Source of the DNA: Octopus bimaculoides
Taxonomy: Eukaryota
Length of the DNA: 32,268 nucleotides
NCBI RefSeq assembly: GCF_001194135.2
Contig: NC_068981.1
Coordinates: 136,918,728-136,950,995 of the forward strand
Direction: 5' to 3'
The notes under the pieces were generated by a model. It did no database searches. It was not told the origin of the DNA and saw only the letters and a list, made by a program, of their open reading frames with translations. Positions 9,164 to 21,300 of the stretch are shown here, piece by piece; position 1 is the stretch's first letter; each line of letters opens with the position of its first letter. The translations under genes were made by a program, and so were the position numbers.

Positions 9164-12100
9164 GATGAGGAAATATATTTTCTACTGACATGAAAGAAAG
9201 AGCACTGGCTCTGCCCTTCCTTCTCCTTTAATATAAAATATATTAAAAAAACATTCGAAAGTAAAAAATGGATTAAAATCCATTAACATCAATAACTCTT
9301 AAAAGGTAAAACCATTAAAACCAAGATCATTAGAGTTAAAAGCTAACAAAATTTGAAGCCATAAAAAAGTTAAATCATTCATTAACCATAAAGGTATTCA
9401 TAGATATGATACCACGTACCAATAGGCGCCACAGTTTTAGTCACCACACAATGCATCGTACCAGTTGGATATCGTCCTAGATATGTAAAGCTCGAGTGAA
9501 GGACGGCTTATTGGGACATCGCTGGAGTACTATTGTTTACAGGCCTACTCATTCAGAGCTAACCTAGAGTTAAACAGCAGCAGCAGTAGCAAAAATAACA
9601 ACAAAAACAACAAGATTATCGTGATTCTTAAGCCAAAATATAAATACTCCAACAACAACATGGCCATTGAAATTCCTCTTAAGAATCAGTGATTGCTTGA
9701 ATAGAAAAATCGAAATGAAAATATTGATTGCCTTCTTTGTCGTAGGATCGCACTGTAATAGAGAACGGCTGCGTTTAAATAAATAAACCACAGTATATTG
9801 CAAGTATGTAACATTAACTGTCTTGCCTACTTGGACGCAAAGCCATTAAAACTATTTATCAATTGAGAATGTCTACATTTAAATAAATCAACCTAAGTAT
9901 AATACAAGTATGTATTTTATATAATGCCTGTGTGATTCAGTCTGCTGTTCTACCATTTCATTGGACCACCATATTAAAATACAGTAAGTACGTTCTATGT
10001 CTGCTTGTTAAGCGTTCCTCACCCGCCAAAGATGATATAGTGTCTTCATAATAATTGTGTTCTTGCAGTGTCACAATATAATCTGACTCTAGTTTGTTTT
10101 CAAATTGAATAATACATATTTAGAAATAATATCTAGTCAAATTGCTGTTTTATTATATATAGAAATAGCTTATAGTTTGTATGATTTTTTTTTTTTTAGT
10201 AATACTTATGCCAGCGTAGTAAGTTCATCACGGTAATAGTACAGTCATATCTTGTGATAACCACCATCATATGTTGCTGATACGTAATCAATCAATTTTC
10301 AGGTAACATGTGGTCTGATACCTCTTTTAAACTCTACGAAATTACGCTAAAACTAGCGAGAAAACGAGAACCTTTTGCGTTGTCAGTTGACCTGTCAGCT
10401 ATAGGAGAAAATCTTCCTCAAACACATCCTACTCTACCGTCATAGATGAACAAGGGTACACTGGAGTAGCCCACTACAAGGTCCAGTCCTTATTGCGTTG
10501 AGGTAGCTTGTGTATCAATGACCCTGAGAATTATACCAGCTGAGTGAGAGCTTCTGACAGGGCTTCTCATGCAGGACAGGTCAAAGGATCAAAAGGATCA
10601 AAAGGATCAATAGGAAAAATGGGTTTGCTTAGGTCAACACTCCTACCAAGAGGAAAGGAAAATTACAAAAGAGTCGATAGCAATTCAAAACCCACAATAT
10701 CTGGCAGACGAAATTCTTTCCTCAAGGCAACCCAGATTCGACAACAGTGGAGGGAAGTCGTCGATAGCCTTTGCTCCATATGGAGCGAATGGCTTAAATA
10801 AGAGCACTAAACCAGCAATTTTTAGTTTGGGGATCATCAAAGGAAGTACTGAAACCCGTGGGCTGATTTCAAAATCTGCTGAGGTGACAAAACTTTCAAA
10901 AACCTGTGGCTCTAAGGAAAAACTCATTTAAATTAAAGAGACCCTTAGCAATGAAAAAGTTGGAAACTACTGCACTAAATAGCCTAGTTATTAGTGAGAA
11001 ATCATACAGGATGGGTGTCTTCGATCAAAGATCTCGATGAGGATTTATCTGAGACTAAATCACAACAATATTAATAGCAACAGTTAAAAATCAAGAAATT
11101 TAAGACAGTCGGCCAGACTTATTTTATCTGATACTGGAAAAAAGTTACGTTATTAAAATGCACGATGACTATTTCAGTAATCCTCTTAACACACATCTAA
11201 AGCTTACTTCTTTAATTCATCTGCAAATATTGCGAGTCAATAAATTAGCTTCTATGTCATAGGTCAAGAATTTATTTTTTGTTAGGAATTACTCTAAATC
11301 TATTCAAGTAAAATGAAATTATTTTCATTCTGCAGAATAAACAGAAACATGTCAGTTGCTCTTAAATTATTTTATATATGTAAAACGTTTATTTTCAGAA
11401 ATATATTTATTGGATCAATTAACATCGTGAAATGCAAAACAACAACAGCAACAAAAAAACGTGGTGTGTGTGTGTGTGTGTGGACAAACGGAAGAAAGTG
11501 GCGTTCGGCCTATTTGGTTGGACTTTTAGCTGAATGGAGCCGAATCAAATTGTTATTAAATCNNNNNNNNNNNNNNNNNNNNNNNNNNNNNNNNNNNNNN
11601 NNNNNNNNNNNNNNNNNNNNNNNNNNNTATATGTATGCATATATATACATGTACATATATAGTTGAAAAATTTCATTATAGGTATAAATATACCATAAAC
11701 AAGTATTAAAAAATGGAGGAATAAAGGTGTAGAATCAAAAAGTTAGATCTAATACAAAATTGGATTCAATACATACGCACGTTTCGAAAGACAAAACAAA
11801 TATGTAAGAAAAAATTATCATAATAATTATAATTAAATTTATGCATTGTCATTCTCATCAGTGTGAGGAATTTTTGGAAGGACATCAAAAAAGGTTTAAT
11901 AAAATAAAATAAAATAAAATAGAATAAGGGAGAATACAGAGGGGCCCTGGTTCATGTGTTCCAGAGTTTTGAGGAGAGTGAAAACTCACCTTAGCCTCTT
12001 TTTTTCCCAGGTCTACTCTATTTCGGAGCAGGAGCATCTGTAAGGATACCAGCTATGGGTTAAATAACAAGTTGATCATTGGGAGTAAAGGAATCCCAGT

Positions 12101-12374
12101 TCCCTTTAGAACTTCCTTCCAGGACAAGGTAAACTCATGTAAAAACATGAAGTGTAATTGGCTTGTATTGTGCCACTGGTTTTATAGCTGATTGCGATGA
12201 AAAGTTTCTCTATCTGCTGCAAGTGATACAAGACATTTTGTAACATATTTAAAGCCTTTCAAATTTGATCTTAAAGAACCTTTGTACATACATACATACA
12301 TACATACATACATACATACATACACACACATACGTGTGTGCATGTATGCATCTATATATGTGTGTGTGAGTGAG

Positions 12375-12575
12375 TTAGTATCTTTGTGTTGGTCCTCCAC
12401 CCCTTGAAACCGGTATTGATTTGCTTACGTCCCTGTAATTTAGTGGGTCGAGATAGAATAAGTATTAGAGTTGCAAAATTAAAAGTACTGGGGTCAATTT
12501 GTTTAACTAAATGCTTCAAGACAGTGCCCCAACATGGCCACAGGCCAATAGCTGAAAGAAGTAGAGAACAAAAAT
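12375..12575 (+). mobile_element. SINE 3' half (Octopus OR-type) following a (CATA)/(TG)n tract
   Basis: acgtccctgtaatttagtgggtcg...gatagaataagtattag...tactggggtcaatttg...cagtgccccaacatggccacag...ctgaaagaagtagag. Confidence 0.75.
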
Positions 12576-12681
12576 AGTTTTAAAAATACGGACATAAGAA
12601 CAACACAAAAAATAGATAAATAAATAGGATTGAAGTACTGAGAGATTTCACTCAAACCACTTCAAGCTTGTGAAAAATAAT

Positions 12682-12872
12682 TGTTTTTAATAATGGCACA
12701 AGGCCAGCAATTTTGAGGGTAGTGTGTAAGTCAATTAACCGACTGATGCTTTACTATATCGAACCCGAAAGGATATAACACATAGTCGACGTCAGTAGGG
12801 TTTGAACTTAGAACGTAAAAAGCCTTCAGAAGTGCCGCTAAGGATGTTGCCTAACGCGCTGACGATTCTACC
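12682..12872 (-). mobile_element. tRNA-derived SINE with a 12-bp flanking direct repeat (likely TSD)
   Basis: Minus strand agaatcgtcagcgcgttaggcaacatccttagcgg...cgttctaagttcaaacc...gtcgactatgtg. gtgaaaaataat occurs at 12670-12681 and 12873-12884. Confidence 0.75.
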
Positions 12873-13013
12873 GTGAAAAATAATGCTACTTCGTTTTTGA
12901 TATGACAACATCAAAGTCAGAAGTGGGTGCTTTCTTCAAAGTACAATATATTTCCATATTTTTGTTTTAAAATAACGAGTATTATTATGGAGAAATTAGA
13001 AAAAGAAACTGAC

Positions 13014-13109
13014 AAGAATTATTATGAATTAATTTTCAGTTTCACAAGAATTAATATGGATCAATTTTCAAGTTCATAACGATTATTATGGATTAAATTT
13101 CAAGTTCAC
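13014..13109. repeat. 3 x 32-bp minisatellite
   Basis: aagaattattatgaattaattttcagtttcac / aagaattaatatggatcaattttcaagttcat / aacgattattatggattaaatttcaagttcac. Confidence 0.85.
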
Positions 13110-14203
13110 AAACGGTACAAATGAAAAAATAAATAAACATACTGAAATAAAAATAGCACAGAAGCAAAATTAATACTAAAAAAAGAAAGATAAAAGAGCT
13201 GAAGAATTTAATTCAAAGCAACCCCGCTTTAACTTTTGGAAAAAATATGCTACTCAGAACAACATAAAAATGAAAGCGTTTTGATGGCAAAGCAATTTGA
13301 ATGCTGTCTTCAGCGTCAACTGCTTCCAGATTCACAAATGCCGAAAATTTTATTACACAGAAAGCAGCAATATTTTTGTCACTTCAGCGTGTTCAATTTG
13401 GAAAGCCTTTGCAGATTTTAACGTATAAAATGAAAGACCTATCTTCTTTTGAAATTCTATGAGTGCTTCCCTGCCAGTGTTCCCTTCCTGAGTTTTGGCC
13501 AAACGGAAGCTTTAGGCTCTTCAGTACCGTTACTGTCAGGCATATCAGCAACGTTACTGTCAAAAAGATTCTCAACCTAGCCGACAGGGCGTGAATAAAA
13601 CTATGTTATCAAAGAATCATTGTTTAATTTTGCTTTGTAGCTGTTTGATACTTAACTAAAAAAAAAAAATTCTCCTTCTTTTAGAAAGCAAGTATCCATT
13701 TGTTTTGGGGGTTTTTCCAATATAATAGCCTTGATTTAAATTCTGAAATCTTTTCTCTGGCTATAATTACATGGAGGTCTTTCCCTTATAATTCCCTATT
13801 CAATACATTGGTATACCAAAAGAAAAACAAAATGTTCTAACTAAATGAAGTTACTGAACTTTTCTGTGAGAGTGTATTTTTGATCCACTAAATAGATTTT
13901 AAGTTCAGTTGTGGGAACTCAAATTCTCTGAAAAATCATGACAAGAAAAGCACCCCACTTTTATACGACAAAAATTCCTGAATATTCATTCTTCACATCC
14001 TTACATAAAGCAAAAAGCAGCCGTCGTGAGTATAGTGCAGGTACTTTGAGAGCATTGGCAATTTTGATTATTTCACTGATGACAACTTCCATTTCAACGT
14101 TCCAACTACTTCATAACTAATGCCTGGTGAAGGATCACACAAGTAACATAAATATTAGGTCATGTGTAAACAAATATAAGCTTGTTTTTGAAGCACGGAA
14201 ATG

Positions 14204-14599
14204 TATTGTAGTACAAGTAGAAAGATATATTTTTTCAACGCTTAAGTACTGATAGAACAGCATATATAGGGTAAAATCCTTACAGAGCAGAAAGATCTGT
14301 CAGCAACCAGCCATGAGACTCGAACTCACATCCATTCAATTGCCGGGGAAAGGGATTTACCATTCAAGCTAAACTGTTTTACTGACTAATTCTTCTGAAA
14401 TTTAGAATTTATAAACTCATCTAGAAACGCTAGATGGAATAGAAATTACGTTATATGTAGGTAAAGCACTTTGACCGGAAATTGAAGGGATGTGAGTTCG
14501 AGTCTCATGGCTGGTTGCTGACAGATTTTTCTGCTCTGTAAGGATTTTATCCTATATACGCGTTGAAAAAAATATATCTTTCTATCTGTACTATAAATA
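14204..14599. repeat. Head-to-head inverted pair of tRNA-like (Pol III A/B box) repeats
   Basis: 14262-14346 is a near-identical reverse complement of 14475-14558; the outer arms also match apart from a ~20-nt indel. B box GTTCGAGTC is at 14496-14504 (+) and 14325-14317 (-). An A-box-like TAGCTTGAATGG is at 14371-14360 (-). Confidence 0.85.
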
Positions 14600-14818
14600 T
14601 TAGGATTCAACATCATTTTTTTCTTTAGCAAAGCATCAAAGTATTTAACAGGATCTAATATGACCCGAACTGTACCAATAGATACTCCAATTCAGTCTAC
14701 TCACTTCAGACTTGTGATAGCAGTTTTAAAACATGCATCAAGCCTCTTCAAGACATTATTTCCACGAAATATCATCTCATTTGCAGAATACGTGTCTTCT
14801 TCAGTTATGATAAACCCC

Positions 14819-15070
14819 TCTAGTGGTTAGAGTGTTGCACTCATGCTGGTGAGATCGAGGTTTCGGTTCCCGGGCCGAGTGGTGCGTTGTTTTCCTGAGA
14901 AAAAAGAAACCCACTTCATTTCTTGTCACTCCAGTTCCTTCCCGGCAATAGCTGGGAAGATAGCCCATCGACAAACCGGCATCCCGTTCAGGGAAGGGGG
15001 GTCTGTAATCTCAATCATACGTCACAGAAACCTGCTTAAGCACCTTGTCTTATGTGTCATGGAACTTATG
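14819..15070 (+). mobile_element. tRNA-derived SINE (different family)
   Basis: ctagtggttagagtgttgcactc...ggtttcggttcccgggcc head, then cccatcgacaaaccggcatcccgttcagggaag...cagaaacc body. Confidence 0.6.
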
Positions 15071-15879
15071 ACGAATCTAAGTCAGAATGTGAGCCAAAAT
15101 TAGACATTGTTATTTGCTCCTAGAAAATGGTGAAGGTGAATTGTCAAATACACCAGTGTACTAAGAATTAAGTCCCTTCAGTCTACATATATAACAGCAG
15201 AAAAGACGTTAGAGAACACTTGCTTCCAGGCTCTCACAATCGTGTACACTTTGGTAAATAAATAATCTTCATCAACCCTATACGTTAAAAAAAAAACATT
15301 TTAATGAACTCCATTCAACATTTGACACTTTCTTGGAAAAGAACATTTCTCGTTTGTGTTTTTCTTGCACTAAATATTGTACTGTGGCTATGATGCTGTT
15401 CAAGATTTGTTGTTTAATAACATATTCTTGAACAGCCAACATTTCATTAAAATGTTTAAAATTAAAAGGTTTTAATGTAGGTGAATATTTCGGAATTATA
15501 TCGGGACAGATCAAATTGGAACTTCTAGCAAAAAGATTCGTGGAACTGTTCACAGACTAGGGCATTAATCTTGTTTCCAAACATGATTCCATAGAACAGG
15601 TGCATTAACAGAATTAAGTTAATGATAAAACCAAAATTTTACTTGATTATGAGTTAGTCTAGATTCATAAGCTGTAACAGCCCACATACTGATTGGATAA
15701 AGATTAAACATTGGTTATATAAAACTTTGAAAACGTGTCATTCGTTAAAAAAATATTCACAAATTTTCGTTCGACATGAGAAACTTTGATATAGATATGT
15801 TCCAGGGGAAGATATAATAACCATGCTATATACAAATAAACGCTATATACAAATCCTTGGATACATTCTACAACATAGA

Positions 15880-15945
15880 GCATGCTGTCTCTCTTCTCTC
15901 TTACCTCTTCTCTCTTTCTCTCTCTCTCTCTCTCACGCGCGCGCA
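15880..15945. repeat. (CT)n + (GC)n microsatellite
   Basis: Directly visible. Confidence 0.9.
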
Positions 15946-16179
15946 CACGGAAAGTTTGGTATTAGTTCGTGTGTGAATTTGATTCCAAACATTATTATTC
16001 ATTACCCTAAGAAAGATAAAAGAGATCAAAGTAATAAGCTGCTTATCTACATATACATATAAAGATGTCATACAAAAATATGTATATCTTTGTATACATA
16101 TATGCATACAAAAATATCAGTACATAAAAGGAAACATATATATATATGGAAATATATGCAATTTTAAAGCATTGGAAAT

Positions 16180-16420
16180 GCAATTATACAATAAGCTTCC
16201 TAGAGTATCTAAGACCATCAAAAAAGGAGATCGTTCTGCTGGACACCGGCAGAGAAGTAAAGAGAAACTGGTTCGTGATTCTATGCTTTACTATATAACA
16301 GAATGGTCGAAGTCGAATTGGTGCCCTGCAAAGACATATGTCGATATGTCGATCAGTTATAAGATGCCATTGGATGTCACTGAAAGGAGCTATCACTTGT
16401 CACGGAAGATAGCAATTAGT
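16180..16420 (+). mobile_element. LINE ORF2 C-terminal fragment (RTE/RTE-X-like), decayed
   Basis: LYNKLPRVSKTIKKGDRSAGHRQRSKE...PAKTYVD resembles the LINE thumb region LYgkLPrvsetIr.rRL.faGHc.Rske...GRpa.TYvD. Confidence 0.6.
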
Positions 16421-16559
16421 GGAGGATCGAGATCATGCGAAAATGAGCACGGGGTGGAGCAGATTATGGCAAAAATGCGATATTTAGAACCAACATCATT
16501 AGTAATATCAAATATTTTAGAATTTATCTTATAGCTGCTTCGAAGTCGCGTGGCCCAAT

Positions 16560-16790
16560 TGTTAAGGCGTGGATTCTTCAAGCTGAACCAACTGGCAGAA
16601 AACCTAGGGGTAGACCAAGGAAGAGATGATTAGATAATACTCAGTCTCAATCGGTCAGGCTTAGGAGTCAATTGTTGCTTCTGATAGGATCGTATGGATG
16701 ACGTGCCTGTGGACTCTGCCCATTCCTCCGCGCACACCGTCCCGAGAACAGTGGGTGGAGAAGATGAATGGATGGATGGCCTAATCAATG
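16560..16790 (+). mobile_element. RTE-clade LINE 3' end fragment
   Basis: Translates ILQAEPTGRKPRGRPRKR*LDN...ASDRIVWMTCL, matching the RTE C-terminal G.RprGRPr.RWld...a.dR..W motif. Confidence 0.7.
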
Positions 16791-17332
16791 AAGAAAGAAC
16801 ATCAGCTATAACCAAGAACAGTGGAAGGAAAGTGAAGAAAAAATTACAAATACAGGTGTACCGATTAAGGAATAAAGATCGCAGATTGTCTCTGTTAAAA
16901 CTGGAAACTGGAGACCACCTCGTTTCAATCCTTGCAATAGGGAAGACAAGGTTAGGACGAAATCACCCAAGAGGCAACTAATGGAGGTTAAATCGTGGCT
17001 CAGATTAGGTTTACCACCCACGTTGCATTTTCAGAAAAGTTATCTACATAAAAAGAGTCATTTCCGAAGCAGTTGTGGAAGACGGTAACAGCAAATATGT
17101 GTAAATGCAATTTCAACGTTCCTTTTTGTGCGCTCTTTATATGAGCCATGAGTTAAATATAGATTCGCTTATGAAGATGACATTCCTTTTTACGTTAGCA
17201 CAGCCTTATGGGTTGATATATCCGTCCATCCACAGATGTAACTGTTTGTCTGTCTGTTCGTCGTCTGTCAGTCCATTTGTTTCTCTCTTTCTCTCTCTCT
17301 CCCTCTCTCCTTAAACATATGTATATGCAATG

Positions 17333-17378
<46 letters not shown>

Positions 17379-17692
17379 NNNNNNNNNNNNNNNNNNNNNN
17401 NNNNNNNNNNNNNNNNNNNNNNNNNNNNNNNNNNNNNNNNNNNNNNNNNNNNNNNNNNNNNNNNNNNNNNNNNNNNNNNNNNNNNNNNNNNNNNNNNNNN
17501 NNNNNNNNNNNNNNNNNNNNNNNNNNNNNNNNNNNNNNNNNNNNNNNNNNNNNNNNNNNNNNNNNNNNNNNNNNNNNNNNNNNNNNNNNNNNNNNNNNNN
17601 NNNNNNNNNAAAAAAAAAAAAAAAAAATTAACACCAAATATACAGTGCGTGTGTTTTTATTGGCTAAACTGGCAATATGACCATCCCCAAGT

Positions 17693-17727
<35 letters not shown>

Positions 17728-17771
17728 CACGCACACACATACACACGTATTACATGTATTACATACATATC

Positions 17772-20243
17772 TATGATATTTGTAATGTCAAGTCCTTTCA
17801 TGGATCGGAATGCTGGACAGACCACAGTCTAGTGCGAGCAAAGTTCCGGATAATGATTAGAGTGAAAGAGAGAAGAGGGCCAGTCGGCATTCCTCGGCGT
17901 CTGAATGTCTACCAGATACATGATGCTGTGTTGAGGAAAGAGCTTCAGACTCGCTTGTCCAGCATTGAAAATACTGCAGTATGTGAAGATTTTCGAGACT
18001 AGGTTCTTCAATGTGCTGCTAAAATATTGGGATATGCTAGTGCCAGACACAGAGGCTTGATGAAAATGATGCTGAAGTTCAGCGACTATTGGCTGTAAAG
18101 CGCCATGCCCACAGTGTATTGCTGCACAGAGGACTTTCAGCTCTGCAGCGAAATCTAGCACTTGCCCTATAGCAGTGTAAAATCAATACTGCAGCGATCT
18201 CTCAGGAAGATGCAGAACACTTGGTGGAAGGATCTTGCTCGTGATGTTCAGGCTGATGCTGATGCAAAGGACAGCAAGAAGCTTTACCATCTTATGAAGC
18301 AAGTTTATGGGCCTAAGAGCTTCACATCAGCTCCTTTGCTTTCCAAGGAGTCTTCTACTCTATTTACTAAATCAACAGAAATCACGGGTCGCTGGATTGA
18401 ACACTTCTCTGAACTCCGAAACAATGAGTCAGTTGTGAATGAAACAGTGATTGATACTATGCAACAAAGACCTATCATTGGCTTTTTAAATTCCATGCCC
18501 TCAATAGATGAAATAATGACATCAATAAGTAAATTGAATCTTGGTAGGGCACTTGGAAAAGATGGAATTTGTGCTGAGGTCTTGAGATTTGGTGGGGATT
18601 ACATCCTATAGTCTCTTCATGAACTTATTAGTGCAATCTGGAGGGATGATGCAATGCCTAAGGACTGGAAGTATGCAATTATGCTTCCTCTCTATAAAGG
18701 AAAAGGAGCCAGAACAATGTGTGGTAACTACAGAGGTACTGCTCTACTATCAGATGCTGGCAAGGTTCTAGCAAATATTCTTCTTACCCGCCTGAATGGG
18801 TGTCTTGTAAATGATGTCCTATCTGAATCTCAATGTAGCTTCCGATCTGGTAGAGGGACAATAGATATGATTTTCACAGCAAGACAGATGCAAGAGAAGT
18901 GCTATGAGCAGAATATGGACCTTGTATAGGTATTCATTGATTTAACGAAGGCCTTTGATACTGTGTATAGGGCCTTGCTAAGGAAAATACTTGGCAAATT
19001 TGGATGTCTGGATTACTTTTAATTAAATCATTTCATGATGGGATGGATGCTTGGGTCAATGCTGGTGGTGGCATGGCGGGACCCAGTCGTGTAGAGAATG
19101 TTGTCAAGCAGGGTGACATCCTTGCCCCAACTCTCTTTTCTTTGTACTTTGCTGCTGCTTTTACTCATGCCTTTGCTAAGGTTAGCTCTCTGGCAATATA
19201 TGTCAAGTATCGATCTTCTGGCCACCTCCTAAATCTGCGTCGATTTGCTGCCAATTCAAAAGTTTTCCAGTCTCTTAGTCGTGACCTCCTTTATGTAGAT
19301 GACTGTGACTTAGTCACGCATACAGTGGAAGACATGCAAATACTTATGAATCGTATTTCTGCTTCTTGCAAGGCATTTGGACTCAGCATTAGCCTGGACA
19401 AGACTGTTGTAATGTTCCAGCCTGCACCAGGAAATCCATATGTGGATCAAGCTATCTTGGTTAAAGGAACAATTCTGAAAGTGGTAGATAAGTTTGTCTA
19501 CCTGGGCAGCACACTCAGCCGTTCTTGCTCCATGGATGAGGAAATATCTTTCAGGCTGCAGAGAGCAACTGATTCCTTCCCGTCTCTTCAGTCTCATATC
19601 TGGTCCCAGCATGGCATAGCAAGACAAACAAAAGTTGATGTGTACCGTGCATGTGTACTGACATCGCTCCTCTACTCATGTGAGACATGGACCCTTTACA
19701 AACCTCATGTAAGGGTCCTTGAACGCTTTCATCAGAGATGTCTCAGACACATTCTGAATGTTGGCGGGACCTTAAAGACTCCAGACACACATGTCCTGAG
19801 GACAGCTGATATCTTGAGTATTCAAGCGATGAGGCACAAGCACCGGTTACGTTGGACTGGACACCTTATTAGAATGAAGGCAGGATCTCCAGCAGAAAGA
19901 AGGCCGCGATTTAAGGACTGTGTCAAGTCCTCATTAAAGGCTCGTGATGTGCAGGAGACTGATTGAGAGAGCAATGCCTGTCATCGCCACAAATGGAGGA
20001 GGCAGGTTAAGGAGGGGTCGACACCATTGAGAGAGCACGCATGAAGAACTTAAGCGTGCTGCTCGAAAGTGCACTGCTGGTGTAGTGAACGGGGAAATCT
20101 TGGTTTGTAATATTTGCAGTCGTGTATGCTTGTCAAGAGCAGGGCTCATTAGCCGCAAATGCAAAATATAAGTTAGTCCCAGAGCGCACAATGTTCGTGA
20201 AGATCAACAATGGTCTTCCTCGATCACGAGTGGACGGCCATCA
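17772..20243 (+). mobile_element. 5'-truncated RTE-clade (BovB-like) LINE; ORF2 disrupted by stops and frameshifts
   Basis: End of the APE endonuclease (ECWTDHSLV); RT motifs (LYKGKG..CGNYRGTALL, SESQCSFRSGRGTIDMIFTARQMQEK, FIDLTKAFDTV, VKQGDILAPTLF, DLLYVDD, DKFVYLGS); thumb (HRLRWTGHLIRM); terminal CxxC (VCNICSRVCLSRAGL); 3' tail atggtcttcctcgatcacgagtggacggcc. Confidence 0.95.
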
Positions 20244-20890
20244 TATATNNNNNNNNNNNNNNNNNNNNNNNNNNNNNNNNNNNNNNNNNNNNNNNNNNNN
20301 NNNNNNNNNNNNNNNNNNNNNNNNNNNNNNNNNNNNNNNNNNNNNNNNNNNNNNNNNNNNNNNNNNNNNNNNNNNNNNNNNNNNNNNNNNNNNNNNNNNN
20401 NNNNNNNNNNNNNNNNNNNNNNNNNNNNNNNNNNNNNNNNNNNNNNNNNNNNNNNNNNNNNNNNNNNNNNNNNNNNNNNNNNNNNNNNNNNNNNNNNNNN
20501 NNNNNNNNNNNNNNNNNNNNNNNNNNNNNNNNNNNNNNNNNNNNNNNNNNNNNNNNNNNNNNNNNNNNNNNNNNNNNNNNNNNNNNNNNNNNNNNNNNNN
20601 NNNNNNNNNNNNNNNNNNNNNNNNNNNNNNNNNNNNNNNNNNNNNNNNNNNNNNNNNNNNNNNNNNNNNNNNNNNNNNNNNNNNNNNNNNNNNNNNNNNN
20701 NNNNNNNNNNNNNNNNNNNNNNNNNNNNNNNNNNNNNNNNNNNNNNNNNNNNNNNNNNNNNNNNNNNNNNNNNNNNNNNNNNNNNNNNNNNNNNNNNNNN
20801 NNNNNNNNNNNNNNNNNNNNNNNNNNNNNNNNNNNNNNNNNNNNNNNNNNNNNNNNNNNNNNNNNNNNNNNNNNNNNNNNNNNNNNNNNN

Positions 20891-21095
20891 TATATATATA
20901 TATATATATATTATATTATATTATATTCATATATATGCATATATATACATATATACACTTATAAATACATACATACACACACACAAACACACATATATAT
21001 ATACATACACATTATTCTACATATATGCATACACACAGAGGTACACATACACACTCACACAGACACACATACGCACTCACATACACATACACACA
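20891..21095. repeat. (TA)/(CA)n microsatellite field
   Basis: Directly visible. Confidence 0.95.
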
Positions 21096-21300
21096 GAGTC
21101 AACCCCAAACTGAATGCGAACTCGAATTGTAGGAATTCGATTTGGTACGACTTTTTAGCACACGAAAATTGAAATCATTCCGTCTCTGATGATTCCGTTG
21201 GCTCATTAATCAGCTTACTTTTTATCTGTCATCGTGTGATACGATTCTACAATTATTTATGAATTTTCAAAATACATCTGGTATCGTTGCTTTATATAAA

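Noticed and set aside
10579-10623. Collagen-like GSK-GSK-GSI-GKM-G as a 36-bp collagen exon
   Set aside because: It arises from a 9-bp tandem repeat (ggatcaaaa). The acceptor lacks a pyrimidine tract and no other GXY exons are seen.
14385-14445. Degenerate hammerhead in the spacer of the tRNA-like foldback (ctgaaat...gaaacgctagat)
   Set aside because: Too many core mismatches; it cannot be supported without a family consensus.
14447-14515. Functional tRNA genes (also the SINE heads at 5344, 14819, 30558, 32141)
   Set aside because: They have A/B boxes but no complete cloverleaf, and they continue into repeat bodies.
14735-14805. Minus-strand CTGAAGA-AGACA...TGTCT-TGAAG hammerhead near-match
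   Set aside because: No GAAA follows stem II and there is no stem III or UH site.
13393-15600. Protein-looking frames at ~13470-13580 (-), ~13990-14095 (-) and ~15290-15570 (both strands)
   Set aside because: No recognisable domain, mediocre splice context or frameshifts; they need BLASTX and RNA-seq before any call.
21092-21140. Candidate Tigger 5' TIR (cagagtcaacccc...) and cgaatt/aattcg hairpin
   Set aside because: No matching 3' TIR or TA duplication was found downstream of the ORF.
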